Below, in pieces: positions 10,030-19,535 of a stretch of 64,000 bases of DNA; the stretch's first letter is position 1; every line of letters starts with the position of its first letter. Below the pieces are notes generated by a model. It was not told where the DNA came from. It worked only from the letters and a program-made list of their open reading frames with translations, and did not search any database. The translations under genes and the position numbers were made by a program. Source of the stretch: a virus (lineage: Duplodnaviria > Caudoviricetes); the IMG/VR virus record IMGVR_UViG_3300033066_001528, positions 1-64,000 of that record. One strand, given 5' to 3'.

Positions 10030-11211
10030 TCATCTCCGTCTGGTTGTTACAATGGAGGGCACCACACCCTCATCTGTTAGGGCAGTATTAGACCACGGTT
10101 GAGGGGGAGCCTGATTTCCTCCAATCGTAGGGGCAGTAAACACTTGAGCCTCAGATGCAGATCCGGATCGGGATATGGTACCCCTGGGACGGCCCCCCGA
10201 ATAGGGGTCAGTAGGAGACCTTAAGGGTTGCACATCCGAATTTGCCCTGCCAACATCAAAAGTGCGAATAGCTGTAAATTCCATTTCAAATTCAATACCC
10301 CCATTTTGCTGCTCTTCACTTTCTGAAAAAGAGAAGGTATCCGGGTGACCAACATAGACTTTCCCATCATATTCTATGGCAAGGTTCCCGACCATAGGAT
10401 AAGCCATGGAGCCATACGCGATATCGTGAACATACGCCCCATTTTTGAAAAGAGTCAAAACCATCATCAATTGTTGGAAGGAAGCACTATCTCGGCGACT
10501 AGCTCTTTGCACACCGGAAGGGGACCTGGAACCACCCCCTCCTGTAATGTAGGATCCAATCTTGAAAGTGAAAGAAATTTTGGTTAGCTCCTCACCCCAC
10601 GCCTGATAGATAAACCCCATCCTAGACCGTTCCTGATGCTGTGCTATTTTTGCATACTGGGTAGTCATGGACATGGGGTTGATTAACATGAGAAGGGGTG
10701 GTGTTGAAACCATGGCCTTAAGCTGGAGCAAAACGGACAAAGCCGTTATATCATTAGCCATATAGGGGGTAATAACGGAAGAACCGTGACCCGTGGCGGA
10801 TCGAACTGCATCCCCAAAAACCTGAGTGAACCTCGCGCTATTATATCTGGATTGAACAGTGGCTACGGAAGTAGTAGACAGCCCGGGGATAGCGGACCCT
10901 AAATTCACCATTTGATCATAAGAGGCAAGAGAAGGGGGTTGAGTGGCCACACCCCTTATTGCAGTCGCATAAGAAACCCTATCCCGGTTGGTCCCCCTGA
11001 CCGGATCATCGGTTGAAGAGGGCTGATTAAACAGAACATCGGAATTACCATCCCCCAAAATAGAGGGGGGGATAATCCGAATGACAAAAGGACTGTACTT
11101 CCTGAGATTCTGATTGCTCCCGTCAATTGGGATACCGGACTGGAGCTCATACTCCACCACGAAAGAGTGACCCGCAGACAGGTTTTGAAGGAGAAAGGGG
11201 GATTGGGTCAC
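10030..11211 (-). CDS. Baseplate / tail-tube initiator-like protein
   Basis: LLMLINPMSM...QAWGEE...FSFSESEE motif; lies between tape measure and hub; similar to the adjacent gene. Confidence 0.55.
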   Translation of the reverse strand: MTQSPFLLQNLSAGHSFVVEYELQSGIPIDGSNQNLRKYSPFVIRIIPPSILGDGNSDVLFNQPSSTDDPVRGTNRDRVSYATAIRGVATQPPSLASYDQMVNLGSAIPGLSTTSVATVQSRYNSARFTQVFGDAVRSATGHGSSVITPYMANDITALSVLLQLKAMVSTPPLLMLINPMSMTTQYAKIAQHQERSRMGFIYQAWGEELTKISFTFKIGSYITGGGGSRSPSGVQRASRRDSASFQQLMMVLTLFKNGAYVHDIAYGSMAYPMVGNLAIEYDGKVYVGHPDTFSFSESEEQQNGGIEFEMEFTAIRTFDVGRANSDVQPLRSPTDPYSGGRPRGTISRSGSASEAQVFTAPTIGGNQAPPQPWSNTALTDEGVVPSIVTTRRR

Positions 11212-12032
11212 GATGTTCTCCTACGCGGTGTAGGCAAAGATGCACCCACTTGTGGTGGGGTGGTGCCATTATCAATGTCCTGAATCGTCAGGGGGGATCC
11301 AAACAGATCCTGATCCACGGCTTTTTGCCATGCTTCTTCCGACAAAGAACCAGACATGGCATTGGATGGTTCTTGGGGTACAACCAAAGGAGAGGGGGAA
11401 GATCCGTTGGAGGCCGATTGGGGCTGAGGAATAGGAACACCACGAACCCGATGGGTTTCTCGATCTACGGTAAAGCCAATCGAGAAATTAAACATATAGG
11501 GCTTGTCGGAAGATTCGGTCACATTAAAAGTAGTGAACCACCCCCACCAGGAGCCACCATCATAAACCATAAGTATCTGACCCTGATAGGCAATATTCCC
11601 ATAAGTATCATAAATAGATCCATTGTCGTGATAAAAAGCCAGAAGGTCTAGGAACTTGTCGTATGCAATAGAATCACGACGAGTGCCGCCAAGGTCAACG
11701 GACCCAACACTAGATGGGGTAGGCCCGGTAACCGAAGACAGTCCAGTATGAAGCCTCACAAACCCCCCAGTGACCCCCTCTATTGATACCTCACTAGGAA
11801 CTGATCCCCAATGCGCTTCAACATACCCACCAAGAGTTTGAGTTCTTTCTATGGCTTTGGTGTATGACCAGGACATTGAAGTTGGATTGACATGGAGAAC
11901 CAACTTCAAATCATCAGGCAAAAGAGAGGTTGTACGATCCGGATCAACAATGTCAAACACAACGGGTCTCTTCCCAGATCCATTGAACTCATCCGAAGGA
12001 CCATTAAAAGCAGAAGGGATGATCTCAGGCAT
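11208..12032 (-). CDS. Baseplate / tail-tube initiator-like protein
   Basis: LVLHVNPTSMSWSYTK..ERTQTLGG..HWG..FNVTESSDKPYMF; directly downstream of tape measure. Confidence 0.6.
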   Translation of the reverse strand: MPEIIPSAFNGPSDEFNGSGKRPVVFDIVDPDRTTSLLPDDLKLVLHVNPTSMSWSYTKAIERTQTLGGYVEAHWGSVPSEVSIEGVTGGFVRLHTGLSSVTGPTPSSVGSVDLGGTRRDSIAYDKFLDLLAFYHDNGSIYDTYGNIAYQGQILMVYDGGSWWGWFTTFNVTESSDKPYMFNFSIGFTVDRETHRVRGVPIPQPQSASNGSSPSPLVVPQEPSNAMSGSLSEEAWQKAVDQDLFGSPLTIQDIDNGTTPPQVGASLPTPRRRTS

Positions 12033-15000
12033 GAGAGACTCTATTTCCGGTTATTCCGGCTTCTCGTAGAACTCGCTTAACGATATCATACATTCTGCGC
12101 TCATCCCCATAGATGTTATTGATAACGGTACCTCCGCGACCATTAACTGCTTGGTCAATTGCACCCCCGGGGCGGGCACCAAAAAACTGGTCGTCATTAG
12201 CAATAGGAGTGATGGATCCACGAACCCCATTGCCCCGATAGATGAAGTCCTCAACCGGGTCCTCCGTGGTAACACCATCGGTTGCCCTAGGGACCCTGTA
12301 ACGAGATGCTCTAGTGTTGAGGTCAAGGGATCCAATTCCGGCGTGCATTGCGGCTGCAGACAATTCGGGATGCGAGGTGAGGGCAGACTTAAGGGTATCA
12401 CTCAAAACCCCCTCATCTATGAACTTGGCAGCAGCAGCAGCCGAATCTTCGGCCGAAAGACCGGAAGCGGTACCAAGAGCCATCAACTCCTGACGAACTT
12501 GTGCCTCCACAATTGCATCCGGCAACTTACTTCTCGCGAGAGCGTCCCCCAATTTGGTTTCCCGAGTGAGAAGACGGGTGAGATGTTGTTGGCTCTGCTG
12601 ATGGCGCTGTTCGGCGTTCTTCCGAGCTTCAGCGGCATTCGATGTGGCTACATCCGTAGCTACCGTAGAAGCCTGATTGACCGCTTGTGTGACGGCTTGG
12701 GTTTGTGCCGCATTTGTATCCGTGCTAGACGGTGCTACGGTAACGGCCGGGGCGGATAGCCCCGGCGTTGCCGGAGTGGCTAGAGCGGGTGATGGAATAG
12801 CGGGTGCGGCTGCTCCTGGTTGGTTCAGGTGAGCTAGAGAAACATTCAAATTGGGGTCCGCTACACCAAAACGACCCAAAAGCTGATCCAACTCATCTCT
12901 ACCCCTGCCCGCCCGAAGGTCCCAGGTATTCCCACTGTTTATTCTAGCCTGCGCTGCCCGTAGCCCCTCTGTCCTGGTTGCCCTCTCTGCAATCTTCTGC
13001 TCCAACACTTTCTTTTCAGCGAGCATCCTTTTGCGCTCGTTGGGGTCCGCGGTGGAATCCAAAGTCGCGTTCAATCGAGACAAGGATCGTTGGTTGATGG
13101 ATTGATTAACTGCATCCTCTTGCATTTTCCTGGTGATCTCACCCCTAGCAAAAGCAGCAGCATTTCTGGCACCCCCATTACCAATCCCCATCTTGTCCAA
13201 TAGGTCACTCACATAACCCAGCAAGGGCACACCAAAATTCTCGTAAAGGGCCCTCATATAGAACAGGATTTTATTTTCCAGGATGTCGGCTACGGATACG
13301 GTTGCCTCAAAAGTGCTATTCATCAAAGCCGACTGCTCAGTCTTGATGGCATCCAAACTCAGATCCGAGCGACTCATGTAACCGCTAATCAAGTCATTCG
13401 CCTGCTCTATTCTCTCCAAGTAATGAATTGACCCGTCGGATCCAAGAGAGGCGGCTCTCATGACACCGGAGCTATCCGTTGTTGCCCCATATTGCTCAAT
13501 CTGCTTTCTACGTTCAATGTCGGTTAGTGGCCTGTTCTTCTGAAGAATAGCGAACTGACCGGAAACCACCCGGGAAACCTCTCTCATCATGTCGTATTGA
13601 GCTCCGGACAGACCCGTAACGTTCTCCGCAGCCATTCGACCTTCGGCACTGTTGATATCCTCTAGGCGCCCCAACCCAACACTTGAAAGTTGTGACAGCC
13701 TCATTGCAATGGAGCCACCCGCACCAATGGCTTGCATACCATTGACCATCCCACCCAACCCTGAGCTGGCCTTGGTCAAATCAATAAGTTGCGACATCTG
13801 GCGGCCCATCTCCACCGTGGCTGGGTTAGCCTGCAAAGCAGCTATCAAAGCTGATTGTTGTTGGTTAGACATCTCCCGAAGAGCTGCAACCATGGTTGCA
13901 GAAGTTCTAGCCGTCTCATTAGCATCGTCCCCCGCACCCGCCACACCCGCGGCTCTAATAGCCTCACCAACATTGGCCCCTACCCCCGCTTGCCGCAGAG
14001 CATCTGAAAGAGCCCCCTGACTTTTCCTGGCTGAAACGGCGAAATTTGTAGCTTGGGACTGTGCTTCTCTTCCAGCAATTCGAGTACCCCGACCCCCCGA
14101 GAGGAGAGCCATTTTGGTTCTCTCCTGTCCCCCCATGTTAGCAAGGTCCGTCGAAGCCGAAGTAATCATCTCGGTTGCTTTCTTCGCCCCGAGAATTTTA
14201 GTCATACGCAATAAAAGACCAGCGGTTTGGTCTAAGCGAACATTCAGGGAAGATTGACCCGAAGTTGCCTGAACAACCATTGAATAGAACCGGCGAGTAC
14301 CAAAGGAAGCCTTTGCTGCCATATCGGCAATATTAGCAAAAGAATCATTCACACCATCAAGAGACATCCCCAAGTCATTCACGTAGTCTGTAACATTTTG
14401 CGCGTATTCGGTAAGACTCACACCCGACATTTTCGCCGTTGTTGCTAGAGAGACCAGACCCCGTGATAGGTTAGCTTGAGCCAGATCAGCATTAGATGTT
14501 CTACCTGCAAGACGATCAAGGGTAAATCCGCCTTTATCTAAAACGTCAAAAAGGGTGTTAGCCGTTTCTTGACTGACTCCCATATTGCCCGTAAGGTCGG
14601 TGACCGTGTGGTTGAGGATCCTTAACCCTTGGGTTAGATTTCCAGCCCCCAACCTATTCAGCGCCAAAGCCCCGTGCGTGTCAATCGCGCTTTTGTTAAA
14701 CTCTTTCACCTTCCGGTCCATGTCGAACATGACACCGGCTAGAACACCAAAGACACCAACCACCCCGGCTAATGTCGTCATGGTTGTAGCTAAAACTGGA
14801 CCTACCTTTCCGAGGTTACCAAGGGCATCTCCAATTGCCCTTAACCCACTGGAAGCGGCCCCGGAACCGCCTTTTACAAGGGAGCCCAGGTCCACTGAGG
14901 AGGTTAGTTTTCCGGCTAAACCATCAAGACCCGCAGAAAGCTTATCAATGAAATGATCAGCCCCAGCGTCCATGTCATCACTGAATAGCTTTGTAATCCG

Positions 15001-15522
15001 ACCTATTCTTTCAGCCGTTCTATCGTAATAACCAGCACTTCGTTTCGCAGCCTTCTCCGAGGAAACGAGCTCCTTAACCACCTTCTGAAGATTTCGGGTG
15101 ACCTTCTTCGTCTCCTCATTGAAGTCGGCTGCGTTCTCATTGAAAATGGCACGCCGTAATTTTGCCAGCTTCAGAGCAGCTTTGAGGTCTTCCTTTTTTG
15201 CTTCATCCTTCTCATCTAGTATCTTCTGCTCAAGACTCTCAACCTTTTTAAGAGTATCCAGCCTATCTCTCTCAAATCTCCCCTCCGCCTGCGATCGTTG
15301 CCTCTCGATTCGGAGCTCCATTTGTTTGCGGAGTTTGTATTCCTCTCGGATGTTGGCTTCAACTTTTGTTGCAATAGATCGAAGGTTGGCGTTCTTGAAC
15401 CCCTTTTCTGCTGCTTTCTTGAAAATATCCTGCAAGTCCATCGAAGCTTTTTTGGCTTCGCGGACAATCTCAGAGAAATCCCCTTGAAATGTAAGACTAT
15501 ATGGTGGGGGTTTATTAGCCAT
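12025..15522 (-). CDS. Tail tape measure protein
   Basis: 1165 aa, helical, Ala/Gly-rich with a hydrophobic segment; canonical position after tube and chaperone genes. Confidence 0.8.
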   Translation of the reverse strand: MANKPPPYSLTFQGDFSEIVREAKKASMDLQDIFKKAAEKGFKNANLRSIATKVEANIREEYKLRKQMELRIERQRSQAEGRFERDRLDTLKKVESLEQKILDEKDEAKKEDLKAALKLAKLRRAIFNENAADFNEETKKVTRNLQKVVKELVSSEKAAKRSAGYYDRTAERIGRITKLFSDDMDAGADHFIDKLSAGLDGLAGKLTSSVDLGSLVKGGSGAASSGLRAIGDALGNLGKVGPVLATTMTTLAGVVGVFGVLAGVMFDMDRKVKEFNKSAIDTHGALALNRLGAGNLTQGLRILNHTVTDLTGNMGVSQETANTLFDVLDKGGFTLDRLAGRTSNADLAQANLSRGLVSLATTAKMSGVSLTEYAQNVTDYVNDLGMSLDGVNDSFANIADMAAKASFGTRRFYSMVVQATSGQSSLNVRLDQTAGLLLRMTKILGAKKATEMITSASTDLANMGGQERTKMALLSGGRGTRIAGREAQSQATNFAVSARKSQGALSDALRQAGVGANVGEAIRAAGVAGAGDDANETARTSATMVAALREMSNQQQSALIAALQANPATVEMGRQMSQLIDLTKASSGLGGMVNGMQAIGAGGSIAMRLSQLSSVGLGRLEDINSAEGRMAAENVTGLSGAQYDMMREVSRVVSGQFAILQKNRPLTDIERRKQIEQYGATTDSSGVMRAASLGSDGSIHYLERIEQANDLISGYMSRSDLSLDAIKTEQSALMNSTFEATVSVADILENKILFYMRALYENFGVPLLGYVSDLLDKMGIGNGGARNAAAFARGEITRKMQEDAVNQSINQRSLSRLNATLDSTADPNERKRMLAEKKVLEQKIAERATRTEGLRAAQARINSGNTWDLRAGRGRDELDQLLGRFGVADPNLNVSLAHLNQPGAAAPAIPSPALATPATPGLSAPAVTVAPSSTDTNAAQTQAVTQAVNQASTVATDVATSNAAEARKNAEQRHQQSQQHLTRLLTRETKLGDALARSKLPDAIVEAQVRQELMALGTASGLSAEDSAAAAAKFIDEGVLSDTLKSALTSHPELSAAAMHAGIGSLDLNTRASRYRVPRATDGVTTEDPVEDFIYRGNGVRGSITPIANDDQFFGARPGGAIDQAVNGRGGTVINNIYGDERRMYDIVKRVLREAGITGNRVSHA

Positions 15523-16663
15523 CGAGCTTCATTTTCCGTTGAGAGATGATATCATTCAGAGATGGCTTAGGTTCCTGACCAGGATAGGTTGGGATAACCG
15601 TCGGATCCTCTCTCAAGTATCGGTTGAAAGTATGAGAAACGGGATCACCTTCCGGTACGATATGAACCCCCGGCCTACTTGTAGTAGGAAACATCCTACT
15701 TAATTCATCGGCGGTATACCCACGCAGCCGTGTCCTGGTATCGGATTCGATTTGAGGTGTGGATTTTCTCCTAGCAAACTCCAAAGCTTCAGCCTTGGCC
15801 TTTTCATTTGCAAGGTAACTCTCCCTAACTCGCTGTTTGTACTCTTCTACAATACGATCGTGGTCATCCATGTCCCCAGTGACCCAGCGACGCATCTCAT
15901 CAGCCAAATCCGAAGCTGTTTTAGGAGCCCGAGCAACATACGCTTTGGTGGTATCACCATCGGGTGTCTCTATCCCACCATGTAGATAAGTGGACCAAGC
16001 TTTCCGGTGAGCCGTTAGGCGCCTATCTTTTTCGTCACTATGCCGCGTTTTGTCCCTAGCCTCCAACTTCTGACCGGCTTTTCCAGATTGCATGGAGACC
16101 TGAATCTTAGTCAACGTCCATTGATACTCCTGATCCTCACGAACGTCCTCCAGATGGTTCCACGCCATCCAGGAGGTTTGGAGGTTAGAGAGTCCCAATC
16201 GTTCTATCCCAGGAATACCAGCCTTATGAGAGAGAGGAAAAGCCCCACCACGTAGGGATTGCCATAAATGACGGGACTCTTCCTCGTAGAGAAAAGACTC
16301 AAAGTACTGGTGGGCTACTCTTGTTCTCCGAAAAAAATCCGTGAGAGTACCGTAAAGAGAACCAATCACCCTGCGGTGTGATCCTAGCAGAGACTGGTAA
16401 GCCAAGTGGGGTGAAATAGTCGAGGACTCAAATAGCGGAATACCATCCACCATCCAGATACTCGAAGCCACAGCCCATATCTTCCATGGGATTGTCCCCT
16501 CCTTTTCCACCCCTGAAATCCTGTACAAATCGGGTGGCCCTAGGGACCTAAGAGAATAGGTATGATCCCCCAACCTCACCCTTGCAGTAAGGAACCCCGG
16601 AACCAGTAATTGGTAAAGGTCCCCGTACATGAGAGACCGCTGCTCGGGTGTAGGATCTGACAC
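15515..16663 (-). CDS. Putative tail assembly chaperone
   Basis: Sits between tube and tape measure; N-terminal similarity (LRSL.P...VASSIWMVDG) to the upstream gene. Confidence 0.5.
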   Translation of the reverse strand: MSDPTPEQRSLMYGDLYQLLVPGFLTARVRLGDHTYSLRSLGPPDLYRISGVEKEGTIPWKIWAVASSIWMVDGIPLFESSTISPHLAYQSLLGSHRRVIGSLYGTLTDFFRRTRVAHQYFESFLYEEESRHLWQSLRGGAFPLSHKAGIPGIERLGLSNLQTSWMAWNHLEDVREDQEYQWTLTKIQVSMQSGKAGQKLEARDKTRHSDEKDRRLTAHRKAWSTYLHGGIETPDGDTTKAYVARAPKTASDLADEMRRWVTGDMDDHDRIVEEYKQRVRESYLANEKAKAEALEFARRKSTPQIESDTRTRLRGYTADELSRMFPTTSRPGVHIVPEGDPVSHTFNRYLREDPTVIPTYPGQEPKPSLNDIISQRKMKLDG

Positions 16664-16666
16664 GGT

Positions 16667-17839
16667 TCATTGAGCAGGAGGACGGAATTTTGGATTGATG
16701 GTGCCTTGAGCCGGAGGGCGGATAGGCCGCTGAGAAGTTCTGGGGGTAACTTCCTGCGCCGGAGCTCTATAAACGTCCACGCCGTCAATAGATCCATCTT
16801 TCTCAAAGGTTTTTTGGACTTCTTCGTAAGCATCCCGAGCCGACAAATGGGGTCCTATTGGGGCATGTGCTTGAGGCCGAGCAACCCTTTCCTGTTCTCG
16901 CCGAATTGCAGCCTCTAGCACCGAAGGATCGGAAGCATCTTCAAAAGAAGATTGAACATCCCACAGAGGGTCAGATGGAAGTTGGGATTGAGCCTTAGCC
17001 TCTACTTTCGGCTCAGGGGGGATGATTGGTTGAGCCGGTACCCGGTCTCCTAGAACCGATCTTCTACTAGCCACAGGTGGTTGCTGGGGTTGGGGTACAA
17101 CCTCAGTTGAGTCCTCCACCAGGACTTGCTTCGGAAGATCCGAAACAGGGGCTACGAATACAGCTTCCTCAACGTGAGGTGGGGGCAGTATCTTGGGCTG
17201 ATTACCGGGATCCGTGGGTTGTGGTGATTTCTTTGGGGGAGCTAATTGAGTCGCGGAGGAAGCCGCAACCCGGGCTCTCATTTCCGACCTTGGATCCACC
17301 TCGTTCAGATCCGCTTTGGCTTTTTGATCTTTTAGGTCAGCAAGCTTCTCTTCCAATCTGGCGATTTCGGCGTCGAGCTCACTCTCCTCAAACACAATTA
17401 CTTTTTCGAGTTCTGCTTCAACTTGATTCGATAGCTTCTCGAATTTCCGCATCACGGCTACGGACATCTCGCGTGACCAGTTACTGACAATTTTCAATAC
17501 TGCCATGGGTTTGGGGATTTTCACAGCAACCCCATTAGGAAGAGTCTCCCCAGTTAACACATGCTCGACCCCCCGAAAATCCAGCGGACCAACCTGGACT
17601 AAACTGTGAGCCAGGGTCATATAACGAAACCTATCCAGGAAGTCCAAAGCCGAGGTTTGATCCGTAACTTCTCCCTCTGCCAATGCTGCCCTAGCATACC
17701 GTTGGATCTCCAACTCTTCCGAGGGTGTGAGTGTTCGAAGGGTGAGGGACAGATTTCCCACATCAAATGTCATCTCTCCCTTTCCCAATTGGGAAAGAGG
17801 GCCCATGACATTTTCAAGGTCTTTGAGAGTAAGGGACAT
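16667..17839 (-). CDS. Putative tail assembly chaperone
   Basis: LTLRTLTPSEE...LAHSLVQVG followed by a coiled coil and Pro-rich tail; follows the tube gene. Confidence 0.55.
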   Translation of the reverse strand: MSLTLKDLENVMGPLSQLGKGEMTFDVGNLSLTLRTLTPSEELEIQRYARAALAEGEVTDQTSALDFLDRFRYMTLAHSLVQVGPLDFRGVEHVLTGETLPNGVAVKIPKPMAVLKIVSNWSREMSVAVMRKFEKLSNQVEAELEKVIVFEESELDAEIARLEEKLADLKDQKAKADLNEVDPRSEMRARVAASSATQLAPPKKSPQPTDPGNQPKILPPPHVEEAVFVAPVSDLPKQVLVEDSTEVVPQPQQPPVASRRSVLGDRVPAQPIIPPEPKVEAKAQSQLPSDPLWDVQSSFEDASDPSVLEAAIRREQERVARPQAHAPIGPHLSARDAYEEVQKTFEKDGSIDGVDVYRAPAQEVTPRTSQRPIRPPAQGTINPKFRPPAQ

Positions 17840-17884
17840 GAGACTCCAAGGGGGGTTAAAAGAACACCCTCACACTACCCGGAA

Positions 17885-18700
17885 TCAGACACCCGCTCCG
17901 AGAGAGCGCCCAAGAACACTACGGGAATCGCTCACGGAACCGAACCGAACGGAACCAAGCTGATCAACCGTCGGATCATTTCCGGAGGGCAAGAATTCAC
18001 CGTACACGGAAGAGAAGTCGTGTACGTCACTCACCATAACTTCCCCCTGCTCAACGATTTGACCCTGATCTTGCGAGAAGGTTGTAGACCAGGAGGTAAA
18101 CCAACAAGCCTCAAACAGTGTAATGATGGCACTGTGGCCCTGAACGGTGGGGTAGGAAACAGCGGGAGTTGTAGGTCCAGTAACAGCCCCAGGAACGGAA
18201 GGGTAGCGAACAGTTTGCACACCGCTCCCAAAACCGGCTTGTGCACCCGTTGTACCTGCATTGGCTGCACCAAGGTCACTATCGGCCAGAGAACTGAACA
18301 CCAGTTGGAGTTCAATATCGAAGGGCCACCTGTGATGAGCAAGGCTCCTAACAGGACCGGAAACACCACCGGCATAACCAGCCGCTTGCCACAAGTTTGC
18401 TTGATAAAGGAGGGCTCTCTCCAAAGAACCAGTTACGGGTTCCGTTACGGATGGGACCAACTCCGCAATTATATCACCATAACCGATACCTCGAACGGTA
18501 TCAACATTTTTACTGTTGGATGGGGAGAAGGAACTGACCACACCCATCTGATAGAGATTTTTGGTGTTGGATCCGTAAGCTGGGGCTAACAAACGGACCT
18601 TCTGACTCACCGCCACACGGGTATTGGGAGTTGTGCCCTGGTCGTAAATGTAACTGGATCCCTGGTTTCCGTTTGCGGGTGTTAAGTCTCGATTAGCCAT
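17885..18700 (-). CDS. Tail tube protein
   Basis: Start MANRDL with AAGGA upstream; VRGIGYGD.IAELVP...LERALLY...PFDI motif of large myophage tubes; downstream of sheath. Confidence 0.75.
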   Translation of the reverse strand: MANRDLTPANGNQGSSYIYDQGTTPNTRVAVSQKVRLLAPAYGSNTKNLYQMGVVSSFSPSNSKNVDTVRGIGYGDIIAELVPSVTEPVTGSLERALLYQANLWQAAGYAGGVSGPVRSLAHHRWPFDIELQLVFSSLADSDLGAANAGTTGAQAGFGSGVQTVRYPSVPGAVTGPTTPAVSYPTVQGHSAIITLFEACWFTSWSTTFSQDQGQIVEQGEVMVSDVHDFSSVYGEFLPSGNDPTVDQLGSVRFGSVSDSRSVLGRSLGAGV

Positions 18701-18711
18701 GTTCTGTCCTT

Positions 18712-18728
18712 GATAGGACACTCCTATC
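18712..18728. promoter_or_regulatory. Palindromic GATAG-N7-CTATC motif (putative late promoter/operator)
   Basis: 11 nt upstream of the tube ATG; the same geometry recurs at 19509, 33930, 51739, 56124 and 56946. Confidence 0.55.
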
Positions 18729-18761
18729 AATCACAAACCAACATTGACACCTAACCGACCA

Positions 18762-19496
18762 TCACAGATATTTTCGGGCCTCTTCCCATCCCTCTAATTG
18801 GGTTTCTTTCTCGGCAATTTCCGATTGGGTAGCTTTTTCCGCCACCCCATTAATAGTCCAACCCGTCAACCCTTCCTCCTTCATTTTTTTCAAGGAAGCT
18901 TTGAGATAGACAATTTTCGCCGGGATCCAGATCTTCAGGACTTCCCTACTTGCGTTCCGAAATGTTTTAAGGAAACCAAGAACAGTCCCGGGTTCGTCAT
19001 ATTCGGAAATGCCGGTCCACTGCGCATGACCCCTCTCATCCAGATAGAGAGAAGCGGCTATAGGGGTATACACGCCAGGGTGGGGCTTATTCCAACGATT
19101 GGTTTTTGGATTCAAGCTCTGGGTGACCAAACGCCACCCCTTCTTGGGCCGATATTCCAACCAATATCGCATCTGAGTCCGGAGGGACCCATAGGGATAA
19201 TCATTAACCACGTAAGCCGTTTCGGGACTTACGTGACCAACCAATTCTTTCTGTGTGGCAGTTTTATTTCTCATAGCTGATTTCTGGAGGTCTTCAAGGC
19301 TCTTTTGGTATCTGAGAAGGGCTTCGAGAGCAACAACCAACCGACGATAATGAGGGGACCCAGGATCCTCTCCTCTCCACTTGTTGTTAATGGGGCCAAG
19401 GATTCGGATTTGACCTTGGACCCCATCAATAACAGTAGAAATGGCCTCGAAATCGCTAGGGTCGAAAGACCCCCACTTGTTAGACAGTGAACCCAT
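18762..19496 (-). CDS. Hypothetical protein inserted between sheath and tube genes
   Basis: 244-aa ORF with a YVVNDYPYG.LRTQMRYWLE...NPKTNRWNKP block; has its own upstream motif and hairpin. Confidence 0.65.
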   Translation of the reverse strand: MGSLSNKWGSFDPSDFEAISTVIDGVQGQIRILGPINNKWRGEDPGSPHYRRLVVALEALLRYQKSLEDLQKSAMRNKTATQKELVGHVSPETAYVVNDYPYGSLRTQMRYWLEYRPKKGWRLVTQSLNPKTNRWNKPHPGVYTPIAASLYLDERGHAQWTGISEYDEPGTVLGFLKTFRNASREVLKIWIPAKIVYLKASLKKMKEEGLTGWTINGVAEKATQSEIAEKETQLEGWEEARKYL

Positions 19497-19522
19497 ATCC
19501 TGTTAGTTGATATGGGTTCACT
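19486..19522 (-). promoter_or_regulatory. Perfect 14-bp inverted repeat covering the start codon of 18762..19496
   Basis: AGTGAACCCATATC-9nt-GATATGGGTTCACT; the ATG at 19496 lies in one arm. Confidence 0.7.
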
Positions 19523-19535
19523 ACCGAAAAGAGAT

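Noticed and set aside
15515-17839. Programmed frameshift between tail chaperone genes
   Set aside because: Both ORFs have their own start and stop 3 nt apart and look like paralogs; I saw no convincing slippery site at the junction.
17606-18589. Long antisense ORFs (e.g. 17606..18589, 42541..43308, 48829..49749, 55307..55990)
   Set aside because: They lie opposite well-supported genes and have no recognisable motifs; most likely shadow frames.
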